From NCBI GenBank assembly GCA_040357565.1, contig JBDODJ010000088.1: a stretch of DNA of 43,977 nt, one strand, 5' to 3'. The translations under genes were made by a program, and so were the position numbers. This DNA is from Cercozoa sp. M6MM. Lineage: Eukaryota; Protista; Endomyxa: Ascetosporea. Below are positions 13,808 through 23,571 of the stretch, one piece after another (position 1 is the stretch's first letter; the number at the start of each line of letters is the position of its first letter). The notes under the pieces were generated by a model. The model did no database searches. It was not told the origin of the DNA and worked only from the letters and a program-made list of their open reading frames with translations.

Positions 13808-14610
13808 ATGCAACGATTTCGAATGGTTTTGTCGCAAAGAAAGCTACCTGTGAAATGCGCTGTTGTGAAAAATTTGAATGCTGCTCAAGACGCGCTCGCC
13901 ACAACTTGTTTCCAGAGTCGTTTCCTCGTGTCGTGTAACTGCCCAGAAAGAAAAGGTGACTGCTTCACGCTTTCATTCAAGAAGCCGTGCTGCTTCTCGC
14001 TACCGCTTATGAATGAAAAACCATCCTATGATTCGAAAGCAACCTCTCTGTACGCACTGCGACTTTTGCCTATCGCGGCGGCAGTCTGTGATGTTCCACG
14101 TTCTATAACGGTTCCTCCGAAAAACGTTGTGAATGTGCCCTTCAAAATTCATTTGCCGAGTTCCAAAAGCAAGTTTCCGAGTACGGCAGACATGCTGACC
14201 TTCCAGCCTGACTCAATGTTCATGCGAGCTGCTCACTCCATCGTTTTGTCAGACGACAACATCTCGATGAACATGTTGTTTCCGGTTCCAGAAGATGCAA
14301 ACGCCACGATAGCGTTGCCACTTCTAAACAACTCGGGAAAACACTTGACGTTGGAGAACGGCACTGATGTTGGCACAGTTCAAGCTTTCTTCCTCGAAGA
14401 TCATGAAATGTTGCGAAATTCATCAGACAGTTCTGTTCCGGACGATAAAGGCGCCAGTGAACTTTTCGACCAAGCGTTTTCCGTACTGCCAGCTGAGATC
14501 ACTTTCGAGATGTCCGCGAGAGAGCAGGCGCAGTTCCAAGAAGAATGGTGTAGACGATACCGCCTTCGATTGAATCCAACAAAATGTGCCATTGCAGTCC
14601 TATCGAGACA
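13808..14610 (+). pseudogene. Pol fragment: C-terminal half of aspartic protease, linker, and RT C-terminal stub fused across a deletion of the RT core
   Basis: VKCAVVKNLNAAQDALATTCFQSRF resembles a retropepsin C-terminus. SAREQAQFQE (pre-RT helix) joins directly to EWCRRYRLRLNPTKC (end of the RT palm). No YxDD is present, and there is a frameshift near 14600-14610. Confidence 0.7.
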
Positions 14611-16977
14611 ATGTTGGGTTTCAAAGTCGATTGCAAAACTGGTGTTCGCACGCCTTTGGAAAAGGGGGTGATGGCTGTCAAGAACTTACTTCCGGCTACT
14701 AATAAGTCTCAAGTGCGACACATCTTGGGAATGGCAGGCTTCTTCCGCGAGTTCATACCAAACTTCGCTGAGATCACATGCCCTTTGGTGGAACTTCTGC
14801 GCAACAGTACGCCCTTCATCTGGGACGAAGAACAGCAACGTGCGCTCGATGCTCTAAAAACTGCCATGTCATCTGCTCCTGCCCTTGCCCTTCCTCGAAG
14901 CGATTTGACCTTTTATGTGTTGTTCGATGCAAGCGCCACAAGCGCAGGCTATGCTCTTCTTCAAAAGCACGAAGACAGCCGATATCACGTGTGCTCCTTC
15001 GGCTCCCGAAAGTTCAATTCAACACAACAAAACTGGCCGATAGAAGAGAAAGAACTATTTGCTTTTGTGACTGCTTGTCGAGACCATCGCTCTGTTCTGA
15101 TAATGAAGCCCTTCATTGCTGTCACGGACAACCAAAATCTGACCTATTTGCCTTTGCGAAATACCTCGAAGCTGCGGCGCTGGGTGGTTGAGCTGAACGA
15201 ATTTCAGTACCAGTTGGTACACGTTCCGGGCAAGTACAACTCAATCGCAGACGCATTGTCACGATACCCAATCGACTCTGACTACTTTTCCGAGATGGAA
15301 TCGTTGCCAAACTTCGGCGAAAAACAAAACACGCAAGACGAAAATGCATGTCTCGAACTGTCGACAGCAGCTCCAAAACAAGAAGACCTGTTCCAGCTAC
15401 CGTCAGCCTCAGAATACCAGCAGCAGCAGGAAAATGACATTCTTTTCGGCCCTTTGGTGAAATACCTGCAAAAGCCCCAGTCAGTGAACTTGGAACAAAT
15501 CCATTCGACTTTGCAACCGCGGGTGTCGCGCTTCAGTCTTCAGAAAGAGACCAATGTCCTCTTATATCGGAACGACAGTGACGTTGTTGTCCGAGTCGTT
15601 CCTCAAGGGCTTCAGCACACGGTGTTGCACTTCCATCATGACTCGCCTGTAGGTGCCCATGTAGGGAACCCGAAACTACTTAGACTCTTGCAAAGACGTT
15701 ACTGGTGGCCGACAATGCAAAGGGATGCTCGTGACTTTGTCAAAACTTGCTCTCTGTGTGCTCAGCAAAAGGCGCACCAGGGCAAGAAATCAGTTTCACT
15801 AACAGCTTTCTTTGCGACAAAACCATTCGAAATCGTTGCATTCGATCTCATCGGTCCGCTCCCTCCAACAGAAGAAGAAAACACTTGGCTTCTAGTCGTC
15901 GTTGACAAATTCACACGGTTCATTGAAATTGTCCCACTCAAGAACTCTGAGGCGTCGTCGGTCGCTCATGTTCTTCTTCCAATCTTCTTGCGATTTGGCA
16001 TTCCAGAAAGCACTCTATCAGATCGGGATCCACGCTTTTTGTCTGAAGTCTTTCAAGAAATGCAACGTGTTCTCAAGATCAAGAAGCTGCTGACAACTGC
16101 ATACCATCCACAGTGCAACGGCACTACTGAACGAGTGAATCGATTCATTGGAGTGGCCTTGTCTCTGTTGACGCGACAGTTCAAGATGATGGACAACTGG
16201 GAACGCTTTGCCCCACTCATCGCATTTGCGTACAATGCCACAGTTCATTCTTCGACGAAGTACACTCCTTTTGAACTCATGTTTGGCCGAAAACCGCGAT
16301 ATCCCACGGAAGAACGCAATGAGAGAAAATATCACGCAACAACGGACGTGACAAAGGACTCAAAGAAGTACTTCACCAACGTGCGACGTATACTACACCG
16401 CTTGCGCCGACTCGCCGATGTGCACCAACGAGAACAAGCAAAGGTCTACGCACCCGATCAAAGCTCTGAGGAACAACTTGTTGCATATGGAGCTGGCGAC
16501 CTCGTCTGGTTCAATGTCTCGAAAGTGCCGCCTCCAGTTGGACAACCACGTGGCACAAAGAAGTTTCTTCCACGTTGGTCAGGACCCTGGATAGTCGTGA
16601 AGCGACTGAACAAGGGACTAAACTACCGTTTGAAGCATCAAGAGAGCCAAGAAGAACGCATTGTCAACGTCCGCACCTTAAAACCTTACTTCGGCGTTGA
16701 CTACTCTCGCGTGCGAAAACAAACATCCACACGACCTGCAGAGCAGACAAAAACATTGACGTTTCCTCGTATCAGCGACAAACGGCTCAACACCGACGCA
16801 CCGGCTGAATATCTTGTGCAATTCGATGCTGAGACTTCGGAGTGGCTTACCGAAGATTTTCTCAGCCGCTCCTTGTTGAAACAATTCGAAAAACAACAAA
16901 AAGAAGCTCGTCGCGCTCGAAAAATCCTGCGACAACAAGCTTCGGAGGGGCGAGATGTTACTGCACATTTTCAGTAA
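14584..16977 (+). CDS. pol: Gypsy Pol C-terminal ORF (797 aa): RT thumb/connection, RNase H, integrase (H2C2, DD35E, GPY/F), chromodomain
   Basis: LGMAGFFREFIPNFA; RNase H FDASA, EKELFA, TDNQNL, ADALSR; HHDSPVGAH...CSLC; FDLIGP, SDRD-35-E (NGTTER); PRWSGPW; RISDKR...EYLVQF...EWLTEDFL. No internal stops. Confidence 0.95.
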   Translation: MCHCSPIETMLGFKVDCKTGVRTPLEKGVMAVKNLLPATNKSQVRHILGMAGFFREFIPNFAEITCPLVELLRNSTPFIWDEEQQRALDALKTAMSSAPALALPRSDLTFYVLFDASATSAGYALLQKHEDSRYHVCSFGSRKFNSTQQNWPIEEKELFAFVTACRDHRSVLIMKPFIAVTDNQNLTYLPLRNTSKLRRWVVELNEFQYQLVHVPGKYNSIADALSRYPIDSDYFSEMESLPNFGEKQNTQDENACLELSTAAPKQEDLFQLPSASEYQQQQENDILFGPLVKYLQKPQSVNLEQIHSTLQPRVSRFSLQKETNVLLYRNDSDVVVRVVPQGLQHTVLHFHHDSPVGAHVGNPKLLRLLQRRYWWPTMQRDARDFVKTCSLCAQQKAHQGKKSVSLTAFFATKPFEIVAFDLIGPLPPTEEENTWLLVVVDKFTRFIEIVPLKNSEASSVAHVLLPIFLRFGIPESTLSDRDPRFLSEVFQEMQRVLKIKKLLTTAYHPQCNGTTERVNRFIGVALSLLTRQFKMMDNWERFAPLIAFAYNATVHSSTKYTPFELMFGRKPRYPTEERNERKYHATTDVTKDSKKYFTNVRRILHRLRRLADVHQREQAKVYAPDQSSEEQLVAYGAGDLVWFNVSKVPPPVGQPRGTKKFLPRWSGPWIVVKRLNKGLNYRLKHQESQEERIVNVRTLKPYFGVDYSRVRKQTSTRPAEQTKTLTFPRISDKRLNTDAPAEYLVQFDAETSEWLTEDFLSRSLLKQFEKQQKEARRARKILRQQASEGRDVTAHFQ
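16944..16955 (+). other. Polypurine tract
   Basis: GGAGGGGCGAGA lies immediately before the LTR-initial TG. Confidence 0.75.
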
Positions 16978-17434
16978 TCATTGCTCTGACCCGTCCGCGT
17001 GGAGGTCATAACCTATGTCTCAACAAGTTTGAGACAAGGAAGAAGTTTAAGAGTGTTTTGGCTTGGTACCTTGCTCTGAGACCTAACTACTGACTCAGTG
17101 GATTGCTGTTGCTGTAGATCTTGCCTGGACAGAGTCCTTGCAGAGAAGCAGAAAGCTCCGTCACGGCTTCAGCCTGGTCAGTTAGCTCATTGGCTGGTTT
17201 CCATTCCACTCACTTCGTCGTGTGTTCACAGGCGGAGTTTTTCTTCCATAAACGCATTGTTACGACCAAGGACGTCTGCCTTCGGTCGAGATCCAGTGGA
17301 TCACTACGAGACCCAGTAGGGGTATTTCACCTACAGTTCTAACGTTGACTCAACTGAGTGACGACTTATCTAATTGAATGATTTATTTAGTCTCTCCTTT
17401 CCCTTACTGATTGGGCCATTGAGCCGCAGTAACA
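16956..17434 (+). repeat. 3' LTR (479 bp)
   Basis: TG...CA ends with a perfect 9-bp inverted repeat TGTTACTGC/GCAGTAACA. It follows the PPT, is followed by the TSD, and is homologous to 27831-28065. Confidence 0.9.
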
Positions 17435-17438
17435 AGAA

Positions 17439-19162
17439 TACCTTGTAGATGATGAAAACTTGCTTTCTGCCATGTCTCCGACAGCGTGTCGATGCGCTGG
17501 ACAAAATTCGCGACAGGAAACCATAGAAGCGAAGATGTCGTCAAAAACGCAAATTCCACTGCAGTGCCCGCCGGAAGAACGAGGTGCTCCGGATAGAGTG
17601 GGCCAGCGGGCGGGAGGCAGCTCGAAGCACCGGTTAAATTTGCATGGATACAAAGCCCATACGTGCCGTCAACGAGCTCAACTACGCTTCCGGGGCGAAG
17701 CGCGTGCTAATTCAAATACAAAAACAAATGCAGTAAGGCAGAGATGAACCACTGTAGACATACCTTGCCAGACGTCCGAACAGCAGATTTTCAACTACTC
17801 AGGGTATCGTATCAACAATGCTCTGGCTCATTCTAATACCATGTCGTTGTACAACGCGTTGTGCGCCGTTGTGCGCCGTGCGCCGAGATAGCAAAGTCTC
17901 GCAACTCGTAGTTGCGCACCCGCCGACAAATCGTAGCTGCTGCCTGCTTTCCCCGAGATGGCTCCTCTTCGTTCAGCTCATGTGGAGACGACATGATGGA
18001 TTGTAAAAGTGGCAGCGGGTTCAGAGGAGCAACTGCTCGTGGTGATCTGCGCCCCAGCTGTTGCGTGACGTAGTGCCCAAATGAGATACAGTATACTTTG
18101 CCAGGTTTTTAGTTACTAGATTAGTTCTTACAACGAATAATGCAAAACAAAAATCGAGCTTACGTTACATTTGATCACTGAACAGTATTTCCGTAGAACG
18201 AGCTTCATGGAACATGCAGTTGCGTGTGCCAAGTGATTTTATCTGCCGAGAGTTTCGTTTTCGGGGCGCTGGTAGTGAGCAGCTGCAAGAAATCAATGCT
18301 AAGCCCCATCTCGGCGCATGCAAAACGCTGAAACGTCTTTTCGCATCGACATATATGCGCTTAAGACAAGCTGGCATCCCCAAGGAGTAAGGTGATGTGC
18401 CGATCGCGAGCGCCGACAGTGAAGCCCTGTACGTTCCGGAGCAATCGCGCAACTAACACACGTGCCTGACGCCTGCTTACACGCTCGAAAAGAGTTTGAT
18501 CGTCAGCGAAATTCATAAAACACTTTTTTTGTATGTTGAACGGGTCCTGGCATGCTGCAGTCTTCTCTGCCCATGCCAGGACCCGAAGCGGCTGGTCGAA
18601 TTGCTGCTTCGCTCGTGGGCTGGCTCGCATTTTTATTCCGATTGTGATAATTTAGTGTGTTTTTCGTTAGATTGATAGGTTTTTTGTTCGGGCAGGCTGA
18701 GGTGCAACTCATTCTGATGTGCTGGATCCTGCGAGTGGCGCAGCGACGACGCAGTTGTCCACACCTTGTAACGTCACCGAAACTGCGTCTGACTGGACAC
18801 CATGTTGACTGCCACGGACGAAATGTTCAAGCTTCAAGACCTGCGCGCGCTTGCTGGTGCAACAGTGTTTCTTTCTTAACGAGCGAAAGCATGTTTTGCA
18901 CTGTTATGTAGAGGCCGACGAAACCTCGCCTGGGGGAAAGGAGGTGCTGACAGTGTTGACGCTTGAGAGCTTGGTCAACGTAGTGGCCAACCAGCTTGCG
19001 TCATCACTGGCATGGATTTTTTAAAACAAGCCCCTTGTTGTTGTATGGAGTACTATGCATGGTTCTGTGCAGAGCGTATCGCAGGTGGATCACATGGTGG
19101 CAGTTTATTTGAAAACTGCGCCGCCTGCTGCACGCCCTACACGAAAAGCGCACAGTGACTGA
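17439..19162 (+). pseudogene. Possible decayed intron-containing gene of unknown family
   Basis: Exon-like blocks are bounded by YAG and GTRY sites, e.g. MLTATDEMFKLQDLRALA|EADETSPGGKEVLTVLTLESLVNVVANQLASSL|SVSQVDHMVAVYLK. Upstream blocks carry in-frame stops (YFRRTSFMEHAVACAK*FYLPR; AGIPKE*GDVPIASA). No homology recognised. Confidence 0.3.
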
Positions 19163-19862
19163 ACAAGGCCAACAATTATGGCTGTTCCGCTATTCACTGC
19201 GGACAAGAGAAGGATGGCCAGAAATGCAAGTCGTTAGGCGTTATTACAACTGTGTCGATAATGCGGTACAGTACAGCTTTAACTTGTAGTATCGTTGTAG
19301 TTGCTCAACATTGTCCAGCTTTGGCTACTGCACTCACGGCCGAGACGACGTGCGCTGTCAATGACGAATTAGGTACATTGCAGTTCATTCGCTTTTGTGT
19401 GTGGATTGTTGTCATTAACACCCTTTTCATCACGCGCTTGCAGCGAAAGGAGAAAGATCCTCGGCAGGATCATCACGACAGCGAACAGACCCAGAGAACA
19501 CAAGACACGGTCAATACAGAAGACATATGCAGAACACCACAAGCAAAAGTGGCTCCAACTGGAAGGAACAGGAGAAACTGGATCAAAACAAAGACCATAA
19601 GAAACTGAAAAAGCAACCATAACGCCCTCTCAGAAGAGCTCTACAAAAGACACCAAGAAACACTTGGAAACATCAGAAACAGCCCCCGGGGGTTATCGCC
19701 TCTAAATGCCCTCAACCTCGCACATATCCTCCTGCATATGGCCAGGCGTCGGAAATCAGAAGCTATCCACTTAGGTGCACGGCAAGTTGGTACTTCGAAG
19801 AGGAGTTGGATGGCCCGCCCTAGTAGACTGACGTGAACTAACGTAACTATCAACTCAACCAG

Positions 19863-21655
19863 CTATCGAAACGGTTCGAGTGCTTCGTTGGCCGCCTGCA
19901 GACGATCGAACCACTGACACCATGCATCCGCCTACGTTAAAACCAAAAGCACATGACTGTTATTAAAAGATGGTGGTTAGATGAACACAGAAGACCATCG
20001 CAACATCGTCGAGCGAGGGCTCCTTCATCGAATAGACCTCGACAGTTCTGATCGTGCCTTTCTTGACGTCTGGTTCCTGAATCTCGCTCTTGCGGAAGCC
20101 GAGACAAAGCAGCAGTGCCTGTTGAGAATGCAAATCCTCTGAAGGTACTAGTGACAAGAGAGGCAAGCAAAGGCACCTCGCCGCACCAGGGCGCAACCTC
20201 GGTCTTGTTGCTGCCGACAGAAAGCACGTCACGCTGCAGCTCTGCATTGTCGGAACGAAGCTGTCTTTTCTACAACAAACAGAACGAGTCGTGAGTGGAC
20301 AGTCTCCTGTTTAAACAATCTCCTGTTTAAACAGTCTCCTGTTCAAACAGTATCCATATGAAAGTCATCAGACACACCGAAGCATCCGACGGCTCGGCCA
20401 CAATGACGGAAACCAAGCGAGCCACGTTGCCTGCAACAAGGTGGGCCTTCCAGTATCCTCTTTGGCTTGTGTAGAAGAAATGCGGACCCACCGAGAAGAG
20501 TGTCGGAAAGTGAAGGATCCAATGCGTTCTGCACCATCTCAATCTGCACTCAGTTTGAGCAGAGTATCAACTGTACTGTACACTAACCAGGGGGGGGGGT
20601 AAAGCACTCAGTACACATGCGGCCATGTCGATGCGCATGGCTCGGAGCAGACACTCAGCGCGCTGCTCGCGCTGCTGCTGGCGTTTCTGGAGTTCCGGTG
20701 CCACCTCGCTGTGTAATCAGGTCACACCCAGTCAAATCACATCGGTCAGGTCACACCCAGTCAAACACACAAAGGAACAGAAATACGCATTGTAACGCGC
20801 GATTTCGGCCTCTCGGCGGCGCTTCTCTCGTTGCTCTAGTTCGACTTGCTCCTGTCGCTGCTGCTGCAGTCGTTCCTGGCGCTGCTGTTCCTTGAGACGC
20901 TTCTCTTCTTCGCTACGCAAACAACAATATATATATATATATATTTATTTATTTATTTATAGGTATGTATATTATATAGTGTAAATATGTGTAAAATATA
21001 GGTATAGTTATTGTGCAGTAAAAGTACACGCGTTGCAATTCCTTCTGTCGCTCCTGTTCCTGTCGTCGTAGTTCCTGCTGTCGCTGCTGCTGCTCCTCCT
21101 GATCAGCCTGCAGCAGATGCTGTGCCAGGCCGTCGACCCTGTCCAGCAGACGGCGCGTTCGCTCGCTCAGTGCTTCGAAATCGGCCGCTGCCGCGCGGAC
21201 TTTGTCGCATTGCTCATCACTGAGAAACCGCGTTTCCTCTGCCTCAAAAAACAACATATGTGATAACCAGAACACCGATCGAACGTCAGTGTAAAATACC
21301 GGGTTTCTTCGTTTTTGCTATGAGAACATCAACAGTGGCTTTCATCTTCTGCAACTTGTCGCCTTGTTCATGCACTGCTCAGAGAACTTTAAGCAACAAT
21401 CCCAGAAGTATGAGGAGCTGAGTACACTGCGAGTGCAGCAAACGAACGACTGCTTCGTCGGCTGTGTCCTATCATCGGTCATTCAAAAGAAAGTCACGCA
21501 CACAACCCGCGTGAATTGGTACCACAATCTGCGGCTCCAAGTCATCATAAGCCTTCGTCACTTCCTGTCAGTGCAGCACGTTTTTGCAAGAGCATCCCCA
21601 AGAACAGTGTCTGTACATCCAGGACGAGACACAATCGCCGCAGCTTCAGGCCCAT
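19863..21655 (-). CDS. Coiled-coil protein with C-terminal PUB-like domain (possible p97/Cdc48 cofactor)
   Basis: ATG at 21655 (MGLKLRRLCLVLD), a Q/E/R-rich coiled coil, then NVARLVSVIVAEPSDAS|KRQLRSDNAELQRDVLSV...ALLLCLGF...YSMKEPSLDDVAM|ADAWCQWFDRL, a PUB pattern. Stop TAG 19863-19865. Junctions near 20460-20570 are uncertain. Confidence 0.65.
20301..20351. repeat. Intronic 16-bp tandem repeat x3 (AGTCTCCTGTTTAAAC)
   Basis: Units at 20301, 20317 and 20333, inside a PUB-gene intron. Confidence 0.9.
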
Positions 21656-21890
21656 TGCGGATTCGGCGAGCTAACAACTTTAACAGTCAGCAAACCCTAA
21701 CGGGGCACTGGCTCACTGCTCTTATGCCGTGAGTGCTTCAAGATTTTTGTACGCTGGCAGAAAAACAAAGCCGCGATTTGCAAACTATTAATTGAGATCT
21801 GGACGAGAATTAACTCCACGCACGTCCAAAGCAGAACGCGTAACATCATAATTCGACAGAAAACAACCGTGGAAAGTGACCAACGCAAAC

Positions 21891-23408
21891 TTAGAGGTTG
21901 AAGCGGCGACGGTCCTTCTCGCGCGAGCGGACCCACTCGAACTCGCCCTCGGACGGGTCGAACACTCCTGTGCATGTGTGTATGTGTGTATGTGCATGTG
22001 TGTGCAACAGCAGGGTGTGCTACCTCTTTGCAGTGCCTCGAGTTTCAGCGTGAAGCGCGGGCCGATCTCTTGCACGCGAGCCACGACCTCCTTCTCGATC
22101 TTGCCTGTGTCGGGCTTCTTGACGTCCTTCTTGTCGAAAATATAGCGGTGTCGCCGGAAGAACCTGACACACACAAGGTAGCGCACACAAAAAGACGAGA
22201 GTGCACAGCCTACATGAAGTCTCGCTGGTTGTGCAGAGTGACAGCTTGCCTGCCTCCGAGTTGCGGTTCCTGGGGGTCAAGGGCAAAGGGGTCAAGGGCA
22301 AGGGTCCAGGTTGATGGTGCAAGAGTGGCTACAGGAAAGAGCGACTGGAACAAACGAGCGACGCGGTGACCAAGACGCGTGTTGAAGTTGTTCAGCACCT
22401 GCAGCACGCAAGAATCCCTCCAGTCAAGTCGAAGAGGAGAGTCAAAAAACACAAGGTCAGAGGTCAGAGGTCAAAGGTCAGTACCAACTCCGGGTTGGCC
22501 TTGATAGGCGCGGCATGCCCGCGGATCTCCTTGCCGAGCATGACAGACTTGAGTCGGTAGTACGCCGTGGGTCCCACCGGCAGGTGCACGTGCGTGAGAC
22601 CCGTGACGGTCCGTCGCTGGCCCTCGTTGACGATGAGCAGCGCCGTGTACTCCTTCTTGATGGCCTGCTTGACCATGTGGTCGATGTCAAAGTCGCGTCG
22701 CTGGTAGAACGCGCACTTGGGAAACACTGTCACAAGGTCCTTCACTAGCGCCAGGGCTTCCTTGCTGGCGCCTCGACTCGTCGTGATCACGATCTGAGAG
22801 CCGCAACCTGTGACATCTACCCTACCAGTCTGTGTCTTAAGTCTGGACTTACCTTGGGATCACTCACACGCTTGTCCAGCAAGTCGGCGAACTCGTCGCA
22901 CGCCTGGTCGGCAGCCACCTGTGCACATGCCATACCCGTCTTCTGTCTTATGTCTCAGCAGACAGGTAAATCGCCTGAGTACCTCCTCATCGTCGGCCTG
23001 CACGATGGTGGCATCCTCGGTGCGTTCCGACTCGAGTGTCTTCTGCTTGCCTTCCGACAGCTCGCCTTTCGCACGTGCCTGAATTAACACATTAATACAC
23101 ACACCTGTACTTTTAGAAAAGAAGAAGACAGCAAAATACCTGTTTCCGCAGACCGCGCTCGATGCGCTTCAATCTCGCCTTCAACTGACGCTGTCGCATT
23201 CGCATTTCGGCGCGACTGATCTTGTTCTTTACGGCCACTGGCTGCACCGAAAACACCTTCCGAACATCTGCTCCCTTGAGCTGCTCCAGGGCTTGCTTCC
23301 GAATGCGCCGCGTCACCTTTGTTGAACACGTGCATCATTTTAAAACACCAGTCAACCACAAGATCAATATTGCACCTCTTTTTCATCCGGCGGTGCATCC
23401 GACGACAT
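21891..23408 (-). CDS. RPF1: Ribosome production factor 1 (Brix domain)
   Basis: [36 protein letters not shown]|[65 protein letters not shown]...RRRFNL*. Confidence 0.95.
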
Positions 23409-23571
23409 TTTCACCGGCGTCTATGTGCTCGCTAGTGTGTCACACGACCCCTGGGCACACTTACAGCGTGGATGGACGTTCTGTTGTTTGAGCTCTAATG
23501 AGCCGATACGAGGCGATAGACAACAAAACACTGAGAGTGCGCTTAGTATCTAGTTTAACGTGAGCTTAGAG

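Larger units (their letters stand above)
13778..17434 (+). mobile_element. Internally deleted Ty3/gypsy (chromovirus-like) LTR retrotransposon with 4-bp TSD AGAA
   Basis: Begins TGTTACTGCACA (identical to the first 12 nt of the 3' LTR) and ends GCAGTAACA. Flanked by AGAA at 13774-13777 and 17435-17438. Pol order is protease remnant, RT thumb, RNase H, integrase, chromodomain. Confidence 0.92.

Noticed and set aside
18361-18630. Minus-strand NFADDQTLF resembling a LINE RT motif
   Set aside because: No GxPQG motif, wrong spacing, and the + strand has exon-like structure; probably coincidental.
20301-20351. CRISPR-like array (also 24371-24450)
   Set aside because: Head-to-tail repeats with no spacers, in eukaryotic introns, with no cas genes.
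22270-22335. Non-canonical boundary in RPF1 (LFP|EPQL is one residue shorter than homologues)
   Set aside because: The GT-AG splice keeps frame and a one-residue deletion is simpler; it cannot be resolved without transcripts.
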